This document shows positions 21,990 to 35,372 of a DNA stretch of 64,000 nucleotides, in pieces. Every line of letters starts with the position of its first letter. Position 1 is the stretch's first letter. The position numbers were made by a program, and so were the translations under genes. The notes under the pieces were generated by a model that was not told where the DNA came from, searched no databases, and saw only the letters and a program-made list of their open reading frames with translations. This DNA comes from the human T2T-CHM13v2.0 reference genome, Homo sapiens, in NCBI RefSeq assembly GCF_009914755.1, contig NC_060939.1; one strand, 5' to 3'.

Positions 21990-22190
21990 CACGGCGAAAC
22001 CCCGTCTCTACTAAAAATACAAAGCTGAGTCGGGAGCGGTGGGGCAGGCCCCTGTAATGCCAGCTCCTCGGGAGGCTGAGGCGGGAGAATCGCTTGAACC
22101 AGGGAAGCGGAGGCTGCAGGGAGCCGAGATCGCGCCACTGCACTACGGCCCAGGCTGTAGAGTGAGTGAGACTCGGTCTCTAAATAAATA
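21990..22190 (+). mobile_element. 5'-truncated Alu
   Basis: ggcgaaaccccgtctctactaaaaatacaaa...gagccgagatcgcgccactgcac. Confidence 0.9.
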
Positions 22191-22258
22191 CGGAAATTAA
22201 TTAATTCATTAATTCTTTTCCCTGCTGACGGACATTTGCAGGCAGGCATCGGTTGTCT

Positions 22259-22450
22259 TCGGGCATCACCTAGCGGCCACTGTTATTGAAAGTCGACGTG
22301 ACACGGAGGGAGGTCTCGCCGACTTCACCGAGCCTGGGGCAACGGGTTTCTCTCTCTCCCTTCTGGAGGCCCCTCCCTCTCTCCCTCGTTGCCTAGGGAA
22401 CCTCGCCTAGGGAACCTCCGCCCTGGCGGGGGCCCTATTGTTCTTTGATC
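22259..22450. promoter_or_regulatory. Putative regulatory module A (IGS ~28 kb): CTCF-like, RFX X-box and TCF/LEF motifs
   Basis: GGGCATCACCTAGCGGCCA, GTTGCCTAGGGAAC (22388-22401), CTTTGATC (22443-22450); paralogous to 32409-32601; function inferred. Confidence 0.5.
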
Positions 22451-23534
22451 GGCGCTTTACTTTTCTTTGTGTTTTGGCGCCTAGACTCTTCTACTTGGGC
22501 TTTGGGAAGGGTCAGTTTAATTTTCAAGTTGCCCCCCGGCTCCCCCCACTACCCACGTCCCTTCACCTTAATTTAGTGAGTCGGTTAGGTGGGTTTCCCC
22601 CAAACCGCCCCCCCCCCCCCGCCTCCCAACACCCTGCTTGGAAACCTTCCAGAGCCACCCCGGTGTGCCTCCGTCTTCTCTCCCCTTCCCCCACCCCTTG
22701 CCGGCGATCTCATTCTTGCCAGGCTGACATTTGCATCGGTGGGCGTCAGGCCTCACTCGGGGGCCACCGTTTTTGAAGATGGGGGCGGCACGGTCCCACT
22801 TCCCCGGAGGCAGCTTGGGCCGATGGCATAGCCCCTTGACCCGCGTGGGCAAGCGGGCGGGTCTGCAGTTGTGAGGCTTTTCCCCCCGCTGCTTCCCGCC
22901 TCAGGCCTCCCTCCCTAGGAAAGCTTCACCCTGGCTGGGTCTCGGTCACCTTTTATCACGATGTTTTAGTTTCTCCGCCCTCCGGCCAGCAGAGTTTCAC
23001 AATGCGAAGGGCGCCACGGCTCTAGTCTGGGCCTTCTCAGTACTTGCCCAAAATAGAAACGCTTTCTGAAAACTAATAACTTTGCTCACTTAAGATTTCC
23101 AGGGACGGCGCCTTGGCCCGTGTTTGTTGGCTTGTTTTGTTTCGTTCTGTTTTGTTTTGTTCGTGTTTTTCCTTTCTCGTATGTCTTTCTTTTCAGGTGA
23201 AGTAGAAATCCCCAGTTTTCAGGAAGACGTCTATTTTCCCCAAGACACGTTAGCTGCCGTTTTTTCCTGTTGTGAACTAGCGCTTTTGTGACTCTCTCAA
23301 CGTGCAGTGAGAGCCGGTTGATGTTTACTATCCTTCATCATGACATCTTATTTTCTAGAAATCCGTAGGCGAATGCTGCTGCTGCTCTTGTTGCTGTTGT
23401 TGTTGTTGTTGTTGTCGTCGTTGCTGTTGTCGTTGTCGTTGTTGTTGTCGTTGTCGTTGTTTTCAAAGTATACCCCGGCCACCGTTTATGGGATCAAAAG
23501 CATTATAAAATATGTGTGATTATTTCTTGAGCAC

Positions 23535-24134
23535 GCCCTTCCTCCCCCTCTCTCTGTCTCTCTGTCTGTCTCTGTCTCTCTCTTTCTCTGTCTGTCTTCT
23601 CTCTCTCTCTCTCTCTGTGTCTCTCTCTCTCTGCCTGTCTGTTTCTCTCTCTCTGCCTCTCTCTCTCTCTCTCTCTCTGCCTGTCTCTCTCACTGTGTCT
23701 GTCTTCTGTCTTACTCCCTTTCTCTGTCTGTCTGTCGGTCTCTCTCTCTCTCTCTCCCTGTCTGTATGTTTCTCTCTGTCTCTGTCTCTCTCTCTCTTTC
23801 TGTTTCTCTCTCTCCGTCTCTGTCTTTCTCTGACTGTCTCTCTCTTTCCTTCTCTCTGTCTCTCTCTGCCTGTCTCTCTCACTCTGTCTTCTGTCTTACT
23901 CTCTCTCTCTGCCTGCCTGTCTCTCTCACTCTCTCTCTCTGTGTGTCTCTCTCTCTCTTTCTGTTTCTCTCTGTCTCTCTGTCCGTCTCTGTCTTTCTCT
24001 GTCTGTCTCTTTGTCTGTCTGTCTTTGTCTTTCCTTCTCTCTGTCTCTGTCTCTCTCACTGTGTCTGTCTTCTGTCTTAGTCTCTCTCTCTCTCTCTCCC
24101 TGTCTGTCTGTCTCTCTCTCTCTCTCCCCCTGTC

Positions 24135-24179
<45 letters not shown>

Positions 24180-24452
24180 TTGTCTTTCTTTCTGTCTCTG
24201 TCTCTCTCTCTCTCTCTGTGTGTCTGTCTTCTGTCTTACTGTCTTTCTCTGCCTGTCTGTCTGTCTGTCTCTCTCTGTCTGTCTCTCTCTCTCTCTCCCC
24301 CCTGTCGGCTGTTTCTCTGTCTCTGTCTGTGTCTCTCTTTCTGTCTGTTTCTCTCTGTCTGTCTTTCTCTCTCTGTCTCTTTCTCTCTGTCTCTCTGTCT
24401 GTCTCTGTCTCTCTCTCTGTCTCTCTCTCTCTGTGGGGGGGTGTGTGTGTGT

Positions 24453-24489
<37 letters not shown>

Positions 24490-24740
24490 TGCCTTCTGTC
24501 TTACTCTCTTTCTCTGCCTGTCTGTCTGCCTGTCTGTTTGTCTCTCTCTCTCTGCCTGTCTCTCTCCCTTCCTGTCTGTTTCTCTCTCTTTCTGTTTCTC
24601 TCTGTCTCTGTCCATCTCTGTCTTTCTCCGTCTGTCTCTTTATCTGTCTCTCTCCGTCTGTCTCTTTATCTGTCTCTCTCTCTCTTTCTGTCTTTCTCTC
24701 TCTGTGTATCGTTGTCTCTCTCTGTCTGTCTCTGTCTCTG

Positions 24741-24773
<33 letters not shown>

Positions 24774-24835
24774 GTCTGTCTGTCCGTCTGTCTGTCTCGG
24801 TCTCTGGCTCTCGCTATCTCCCGCCCTCTCTTTTT
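23535..24835 (+). repeat. Third CT/CTGT tract (IGS ~29 kb, region of CU-rich PNCTR/IGS28-type ncRNAs)
   Basis: Pyrimidine mosaic with (GT)n at ~24441-24488; ncRNA assignment is by position only. Confidence 0.9.
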
Positions 24836-26116
24836 TTGCAAAAGAAGCTCAAGTACATCTAATCTAATCCCTTACCAAGGCCTGAATTCTTCACTTCTGA
24901 CATCCCAGATTTGATCTCCCTACAGAATGCTGTACAGAACTGGCGAGTTGATTTCTGGACTTGGATACCTCATAGAAACTACATATGAATAAAGATCCAA
25001 TCCTAAAATCTGGGGTGGCTTCTCCCTCGACTGTCTCGAAAAATCGTACCTCTGTTCCCCTAGGATGCCGGAAGAGTTTTCTCAATGTGCATCTGCCCGT
25101 GTCCTAAGTGATCTGTGACCGAGCCCTGTCCGTCCTGTCTCAAATATGTACGTGCAAACACTTCTCTCCATTTCCACAACTACCCACGGCCCCTTGTGGA
25201 ACCACTGGCTCTTTGAAAAAAATCCCAGAAGTGGTTTTGGCTTTTTGGCTAGGAGGCCTAAGCCTGCTGAGAACTTTCCTGCCCAGGATCCTGTGTGACC
25301 AAAAGTGCCTCTGCTGGGAGCTGGGATCCTCGGGACCATGCTTGCTAGCGCTGGATGAGTCTCTGGAAGGACGCACGGGACTCCGCAAAGCTGACCTGTC
25401 CCACCGAGGTCAAATGGATACCTCTGCATTGGCCCGAGGCCTCCGAAGTACATCACCGTCACCAACCGTCACCGTCAGCATCCTTGTGAGCCTGCCCAAG
25501 GCCCCGCCTCCGGGGAGACTCTTGGGAGCCCGGCCTTCGTCGGCTAAAGTCCAAAGGGATGGTGACTTCCACCCACAAGGTCCCCACTGAACGGCGAAGA
25601 TGTGGAGCGTAGGTCAGAGAGGGGACCAGGAGGGGAGACGTCCCGACAGGCGACGAGTTCCCAAGGCTCTGGCCACCCCACCCACGCCCCACGCCCCACG
25701 TCCCGGGCACCCGCGGGACACCGCCGCTTTATCCCCTCCTCTGTCCACAGCCGGCCCCACCCCACCACGCAACCCACGCACACACGCTGGAGGTTCCAAA
25801 ACCACACGGTGTGACTAGAGCCTGACGGAGCGAGAGCCCATTTCACGAGGTGGGAGGGGTGGGGGTGGGGTGGGTTGGGGGTTGTGGGGTCTGTGGCGAG
25901 CCCGATTCTCCCTCTTGGGTGGCTACAGGCTAGAAATGAATATCGCTTCTTGGGCGGAGGGGCTTCCTTAGGCCATCACCGCTTGCGGGACTACCTCTCA
26001 AACCCTCCCTTGAGGCCACAAAATAGATTCCACCCCACCCATCGACGTTTCCCCCGGGTGCTGGATGTATCCTGTCAAGAGACCTGAGCCTGACACCGTC
26101 GAATTAAACACCTTGA

Positions 26117-26350
<234 letters not shown>

Positions 26351-26395
26351 TAGATTCGAGCCACACCTCATTCCGTGCCACAGAGAGACTTCTTT

Positions 26396-29300
26396 TTTTT
26401 TTTTTTTTTAAGCGCAACGCAACATGTCTGCCTTATTTGAGTGGCTTCCTATATCATTATAATTGTGTTATAGATGAAGAAACGGTATTAAACACTGTGC
26501 TAATGATAGTGAAAGTGAAGACAAAAGAAAGGCTATCTATTTTGTGGTTAGAATAAAGTTGCTCAGTATTTAGAGCTACCTAAATACGTCAGCATTTACA
26601 CTCTTCCTAGTAAAAGCTGGCCAATCTGAATAATCCTCCTTTAAACAAACACAATTTTTGATAGGGTTAAGATTTTTTTAAGAATGCGACTCCTGCAAAA
26701 TAGCTGAACAGACGATACACATTTAAAAAAATAACAACACAAGGATCAACCAGACTTGGGAAAAAATCGAAAACCACACAAGTCTTATGAAGAACTGAGT
26801 TCTTAAAATAGGACGGAGAACGTAGCTATCGGAAGAGAAGGCAGTATTGGCAAGTTGATTGTTACGTTGGTCAGCAGTAGCTGGCACTATCTTTTTGGCC
26901 ATCTTTCGGGCAATGTAACTACTACAGCAAAATGAGATATGATCCATGAAACAACATATTCGCAAATCAAAAAGTGTTTCAGTAATATAATGCTTCAGAT
27001 TTAGAAGCAAATCAAATGATAGAACTCCACTGCTGTAATAAGTCACCCCAAAGATCACCGTATCTGACAAAATAACTACCACAGGGTTATGACTTCAGAA
27101 TCATACTTTCTCTTGATATTTACTTATGTATGTATTTATTTTTTTTAATTTATTTCTCTTGAGACGGCGTCTCGCTCTGTCGCCCAGGCTGGAGTGCGAT
27201 GGTGTGATCTCGGCTCACTGCAACCGCCACCTCCCTGGGTTCAAGCGATTCTCCTGCCTCAGCCTCCCGAGTAGCTGGGACTACAGGTGCCCGCCACCAC
27301 GCCCAGCTAATCTTTATACTTTTAATAGAGACGGGGTTTCACCGTGTCGGCCCGGATGGTCTCGATCTCTTGACCTCGTGACCCGCCCGCCTCGGCCTCC
27401 CAAAGTGCTGGGATGACAGGCGTGAGCCACTGAGCCCGGCCTTCTCTTGACGTTTAAACTATGAAGTCAGTCCAGAGAAACGCAATAAATGTCAACGGTG
27501 AGGATGGTGTTGAGGCAGAAGTAGGACCACACTTTTTCCTATCTTATTCAGTTGATAACAATATGACCTAGGTAGTAATTTCCTATGTGCCTACTTATAC
27601 ACGAGTACAAAAGAGTAAAACAGAGAGACTGCTAAATTAAAGGGTACGTGAAGTTCTTCATAGTAACTCCGTAAACTGGAACACTGTCAAAAAGCAGCAG
27701 CTAGTGAATTGTTTCCATGTATTTTTCTATGATCCAATAAGTGAACTATGCTATTCCTTTCCAGTCTCCCAAGCACTTCTTGTCCCCATCACCACTTCGG
27801 TGCTCGAAGAAAAAGTAACAAATCAAGGAACACAACTAAAGAAACACACACACAAACCAAAGACAACTACAGCGTCTGCAAAAGTTTGCTAGAAGACTGA
27901 AACTGTTGAGTATAAGGATCTGGTATTCTACGATGATCATGAGTTCACTTCAGAGTTTGTTCAAGACATACGTTTCGTAAGGAAACATCTTAGTTAGAAG
28001 TTATTCAGCAGTAGGTACCATCCCTAAGTATTTTTCACCAAATTCGTGACAATAAAGAGCTATCTAACCAGAAAAATTAGCGAGTACCGGCACCATCCAT
28101 AGGGCTTTGTCTTTACGCTTCATTAGCACTTACCATGCCTTACAATGTCTAGGATTGACCCTGATAGCATTTCGAAAACAAGCTAATGCTTTGTCCAGTT
28201 CTTCAGTGAAGACAAGCTCACGCCCTAATGCGCTATAGGCATAAGCATCATTTGGATCCACTTCGAGAGTTCTCTGGAAGAATTGAATCGCAATATCGTG
28301 TTCCCGTTGCAGACCGAAACAGTTCCCTGCAGCACACCAGGCCTCTGGCTGGCGAATTTTTATCCATGTCTGTGAAGTCTTTGGACAGAACTGAAAGAGC
28401 AACCTCTTTCGGAGGATGCCAAAGTGTTGTAGAGTAGATCTCCATGCCTTCGACTCTGTAATTCTCAATCCTCCTAACCTCTGAGAATTGTCTTTCAGCT
28501 TGCGTGGACTCTGAAAGTTTACAATAGGCCCTTCCGATTTGGCACAGTACCCAACCGGTATTGCAGTGGTGAGAAGCTAGATGGCTCAAGATGCTGATAG
28601 CTTCTTTGCCGTGGTAAGAACACAAAGCTAAATAACCTTTCCCCCTTTCACGAAGAAGGCTCATCAAGCCTTCCGCTGCTGCTTTTTGTAGATTAAAAGC
28701 CTGAATCTGAGGCGCGATTGCGGCTATTTTCCCTTCTGAAATGACGGAAGAGTCCAATTTTGTCACTTCCAGGCTATCACTTATGTTCGGTGGAGTTATT
28801 GCTCCTTTATTAGTTTTACTTTTGGTTCTTCTGTTTGGGATTTTAGGTGGAAACTTCATTTTTAATTTTCTCCTATTCTCCTCGGTTGTGGAGCTGTCAC
28901 TAGTCAAGAGTCGTGAATTTCTTCGAGGCGGTGCATTTGGGGGAGATGCCATAGTGGGGCTCAATACCTGAGGTGTTGCCCTTGTCGGCGGACCAGAACT
29001 TTGTGTTTTTGCAAGGACTGGAGTTACCTTTCGGCTCTTTCCCCTCTGCGAGAAGACAGACGGTGTTCCGGTTTGGCCGATTCTGGCAACAGGCTTTTCT
29101 GAAGGGGCTCCGGTGGATGGCACGTCAATGACAGACGGTGTCTCATACCAGTGCAGTTTTGTCAATAGGGTCCGTCTCCGGGACTTGGGGTTTCTAATGG
29201 CAAAATGCCAACACTTGGGGTTAATGGACTAACAGCTGCTGGTCCTCCTAATAAACTTCGACCAGTTTTTGGTTTATGTTGAACCTGTTTAGATCATATG

Positions 29301-30194
29301 GAAGTTCCTGTTCCCAGTGGGACAGTATCAGGTGAAAGGACAGCTGAATCGATAGAAGACACTGGGGAGTCTGTATTCAAGGAGTACTTTGAATTGGAAG
29401 ATTCTAAATTCCATCCGTTTCATTCGACGGTGTCCTGGGGTGTTTCCGTAAGAACGGTCTCGGGCTGTCTGTGACATAAACTAGGACGAGGTCCAAGTGT
29501 TGTGGCGCAACACTTGGACAGGCAGTTGCTAAAGCTCTCTAGAGAGGTGAATCAAAATGTTTGGTCAGGATCTGGCTTTTCCCCCCTATTTCACATCATG
29601 ATTCAAAGGGACACCAGAGGAAAGGATTTCAACGAAGGCTCTTTTGGTCACATTCTGATCCTTTGGTAAGCCGATCTGTCTTGCAATATACATGTCCCGA
29701 CGATGGAAGGGGAAAGCGAGCTGAATCACCAAACTCAGGAACGATAATATCATCGTGGCTTTTCTGCTTATGAAACACTCCACCCGATAAGATTTGATCC
29801 CCTTCTGCAAGCTTGCTGAGATCAACACAACATTTCGCAAGCAGGCATTTGCATTGCGGGGTAGTACAACTGTGTCCTTTCAAGAGTCTATATGTTTTAT
29901 AGGCCTTTCCTGAGCGGTAAGAACAGGTCGCCAGTAAGAACAAGGCTTCTTCTGAGTGTACTTCTGCATAAAGGCGTTCTGCGGGGGAAACCGCATCTCG
30001 GTAGGCATAGTGGTTTAGTGCTTGCCATATAGCAGCCTGGACGGGTCCCTGCAGCACCGCCATCCTCGAGGCTCAGGCCCACTTTCTGCAGTGCCACAGG
30101 CACCCCCCCCCCCCCCCATAGCGGCTCCGGCCCGGCCAGCCTCGGCTCATTTAAAGGCACCAGCCGCCGTTACCGGGGGATGGGGGAGTCCGAG
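26396..30194 (-). pseudogene. CDC27P: Retroposed CDC27 (APC3) pseudogene: 5'UTR, frameshifted CDS 30063-28134, apparent retained intron, poly(A), 16-bp TSD
   Basis: ORF fragments MAVLQGPVQAAIWQALNHYAYRDAV..., ...KMKFPPKIPNR...QKAAAEGLMSLL...EGMEIYSTTLWH, ...EAWCAAGNCF.LQREHDIAI...RNAIRVNPRH match CDC27; intronless with stops and frameshifts; TSD 26380-26395 / 30195-30210. Confidence 0.95.
27123..27441 (-). mobile_element. Full-length Alu inside the CDC27 retrocopy 3' part, with TSD
   Basis: Alu consensus; flanks ttctcttgatattta (27108-27122) and ttctcttgacgttta (27442-27456). Confidence 0.92.
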
Positions 30195-30719
30195 ACAGAA
30201 TGACTTCTTTATCCTGCTGACTCTGGAAAGCCCGGCGCCTTGTGATCCATTGCAAACCGAGAGTCACCTCGTGTTTAGAACACGGATCCACTCCCAAGTT
30301 CAGTGGGGGGATGTGAGGGGTGTGGCAGGTAGGACGAAGGACTCTCTTCCTTCTGATTCGGTCTGCACAGTGGGGCCTAGGGCTGGAGCTCTCTCCGTGC
30401 GGACCGCTGACTCCCTCTACCTTGGGTTCCCTCGGCCCCACCCTGGAACGCCGGGCCTTGGCAGATTCTGGCCCTTCCTGGCCCTTCAGTCGCTGTCAGA
30501 AACCCCATCTCATGCTCGGATGCCCCGAGTGACTGTGGCTCGCACCTCTCCGGAAACATTGGAAATCTCTCCTCTACGCGCGGCCACCTGAAACCACAGG
30601 AGCTCGGGACACACGTGCTTTCGGGAGAGAATGCTGAGAGTCTCTTGCCGACTCTCTCTTGACTTGAGTTCTTCGTGGGTGCGTGGTTAAGACGTAGTGA
30701 GACCAGATGTATTAACTCA

Positions 30720-30880
30720 GGCCGGGTGCTGGTGGCTCACGCCTGTAACCCCAACACTTTGGGAGGCCGAGGCCGTAGGATCCCTCGAGGAATCGCCTAA
30801 CCCTGGGGAGGTTGAGGTTGCAGTGAGTGAGCCATAGTTGTGTCACTGTGCTCCAGTCTGGGCGAAAGACAGAATGAGGC
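30720..30880 (+). mobile_element. Alu monomer or internally deleted Alu
   Basis: ggccgggtgctggtggctcacgcctgtaaccccaacactttgggaggccgagg...gttgcagtgag. Confidence 0.85.
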
Positions 30881-30984
30881 CCTGCCACAGGCAGGCAGGC
30901 AGGCAGGCAGGCAGAAAGACAACAGCTGTATTATGTTCTTCTCAGGGTAGGAAGCAAAAATAACAGAATACAGCACTTAATTAA

Positions 30985-31870
<886 letters not shown>

Positions 31871-32408
31871 CCCTTTCCCCTTCCCCCGCTTGTCTTCCCG
31901 ACAGACAGTTTCACGGCAGAGCGTTTGGCTGGCGTGCTTAAACTCATTCTAAATAGAAATTTGGGACGTCAGCTTCTGGCCTCACGGACTCTGAGCCGAG
32001 GAGTCCCCTGGTCTGTCTATCACAGGACCGTACACGTAAGGAGGAGAAAAATCGTAACGTTCAAAGTCAGTCATTTTGTGATACAGAAATACACGGATTC
32101 ACCCAAAACACAGAAAGCAGTCTTTTAGAAATGGCCTTAGCCCTGGTGTCCGTGCCAGTGATTCTTTTCGGTTTGGACCTTGACTGAGAGGATTCCCAGT
32201 CGGTCTCTCGTCTCTGGACGGAAGTTCCAGATGATCCGATGGGTGGGGGACTTAGGCTGCGTCCCCCCAGGAGCCCTGGTCGATTAGTTGTGGGGATCGC
32301 CTTGGAGGGCGCGGTGACCCACTGTGCTGTGGGAGCCTCCATCCTTCCCCCCACCCCCTCCCCAGGGGATCCCAATTCATTCCGGGCTGACACGCTCACT
32401 GGCAGGCG

Positions 32409-32601
32409 TCGGGCATCACCTAGCGGTCACTGTTACTCTGAAAACGGAGGCCTCACAGAGGAAGGGAGCACCAGGCCGCCTGCGCACAGCCTGGGGCAAC
32501 TGTGTCTTCTCCACCGCCCCCGCCCCCACCTCCAAGTTCCTCCCTCCCTTGTTGCCTAGGAAATCGCCACTTTGACGACCGGGTCTGATTGACCTTTGAT
32601 C
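32409..32601. promoter_or_regulatory. Putative regulatory module B (IGS ~38 kb), paralog of module A
   Basis: GGGCATCACCTAGCGGTCA, AGCCTGGGGCAAC, GTTGCCTAGGAAAT, CTTTGATC; ~4.9 kb upstream of the TSS. Confidence 0.5.
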
Positions 32602-32679
32602 AGGCAAAAACGAACAAACAGATAAATAAATAAAATAACACAAAAGTAACTAACTAAATAAAATAAGTCAATACAACCC

Positions 32680-32819
32680 ATTACAATACAATAAGATACG
32701 ATACGATAGGATGCGATAGGATACGATAGGATACAATACAATACGATACGATACGATACAATACAATACAATACAATACAATACAATACAATACAATACA
32801 ATACAATACAATACAATAC
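32680..32819 (+). repeat. (ATACA/ATACG/ATAGG)n pentanucleotide repeat
   Basis: Direct reading. Confidence 0.95.
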
Positions 32820-33656
<837 letters not shown>

Positions 33657-33928
33657 TTAACTTCATTTTATGTTATTATCATGATTGATGTTTCGAGACG
33701 GAGTCTCGGAGGCCCGCCCTCCCTGGTTGCCCAGACAACCCCGGGAGACAGACCCTGGCTGGGCCCGATTGTTCTTCTCCTTGGTCAGGGGTTTCCTTGT
33801 CTTTCTTCGTGTCTTTAACCCGCGTGGACTCTTCCGCTCGGGTTTGACAGATGGCAGCTCCACTTTAGGCCTTGTTGTTGTTGGGGACTTTCCTGATTCT
33901 CCCCAGATGTAGTGAAAGCAGGTAGATT

Positions 33929-33958
33929 TGCCTTGCCTGGACTTGCCTGGCCTTGCCT
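33929..33958. promoter_or_regulatory. p53 response element (RGC, ribosomal gene cluster site)
   Basis: Three abutting decamers TGCCTTGCCT-GGACTTGCCT-GGCCTTGCCT; the middle one is a perfect RRRCWWGYYY. Confidence 0.85.
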
Positions 33959-34029
33959 TTTCTTTCTTTCTTTCTTTATTACTTTCTCTTTTTCTTCTTC
34001 TTCTTCTTCTTCTTCTTCTTCTTCTTCTT

Positions 34030-34322
34030 CTTTTTTTTTTTGAGACAGAGTTTCACTCTTGTTGCCCAGGCTAGAGGGCAATGGTGCGATCTCGGCTCAC
34101 CGCACCCTCCGCCTCCCAGGTTCAAGCGATTCTCCTGCCTCAGCCTCCTGATTAGCTGGGATTACAGGCATGGGCCACCGTGCCTGGCTGATGTTTGTAC
34201 TTTTAGTAGAGACGGTGTTTTTCCATGTTGGTCAGGCTGGTCTCCCACTCCCAACCTCAGGTGGTCCGCCTGCCTTAGCCTCCCAAAGTGCTGGGATGAC
34301 AGGCGTGAGCCACCGCGCCCAG

Positions 34323-34325
<3 letters not shown>
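34030..34325 (-). mobile_element. Full-length Alu with (TTC)n tail
   Basis: tgagacagagtttcactcttgttgcccagg...gtgagccaccgcgcccagcc. Confidence 0.93.
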
Positions 34326-34327
<2 letters not shown>

Positions 34328-34375
<48 letters not shown>

Positions 34376-35022
34376 CGCTTGCTTGCTTGCTTTCGTGCTT
34401 TCTTGCTTTCCCGTTTTCTTGCTTTCTTTCTTTCTTTCGTTTCTTTCATGCTTGCTTTCTTGCTTGCTTGCTTGCTTTCGTGCTTTCTTGCTTTCCTGTT
34501 TTCTTTTTCTTTCTTTCTTTCTTTCTTTCTTTTGTTTCTTTCTTGCTTGCTTTCTTGCTTGCTTGCTTGCTTTCGTGCTTTCTTGCTTTCCTGTTTTCTT
34601 TCTTTCTTTCTTTCTTTTGTTTCTTTCTTGCTTGCTTTCTTGCTTGCTTGCTTTCGTGCTTTCTTGTTTTCTCGATTTCTTTCTTTCTTTTGTTTCTTTC
34701 CTGCTTGCTTTCTTGCTTGATTGCTTTCGTGCTTTCTTGCTTTCTTGTTTTCTTTCTTTCTTTTGTTTCTTTCTTTCTTGCTTCCTTGTTTTCTTGCTTT
34801 CTTGCTTGCTTGCTTTCGTGCTTTCTTGTTTTCTTGCTTTCTTTCTTTTGTTTCTTTCTTGCTTGCTTTCTTGCTTCCTTGTTTTCTTGCTTTCTTGCTT
34901 GCTTGCTTTCGTGCTTTCTTTCTTGCTTTCTTTTCTTTCTTTCTTTTCTTTTTCTTTCTTTCTTGCTTTCTTTTCTTTCATTCATTCATTCTTTCTTTCT
35001 TTCCTTTCTTTCTTTCTTTCTT

Positions 35023-35069
<47 letters not shown>

Positions 35070-35070
35070 G
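34328..35070 (+). repeat. (CT)n plus TTGC/TTTC compound repeat with a ~73-95 bp higher-order unit
   Basis: Anchor tttcgtgc at 34391, 34476, 34571, 34652, 34725, 34814, 34907. Confidence 0.9.
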
Positions 35071-35077
35071 TTTCGTC

Positions 35078-35372
<295 letters not shown>

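Noticed and set aside
24840-25500. Possible LTR/ERV remnant (AATAAA at ~24988)
   Set aside because: Family cannot be assigned by eye; needs Dfam/RepeatMasker
33726-33739. GTTGCCCAGACAAC as a third RFX X-box
   Set aside because: Imperfect second half-site in an Alu-like context (gagacggagtctc...gttgcccag) and lacking the other module blocks
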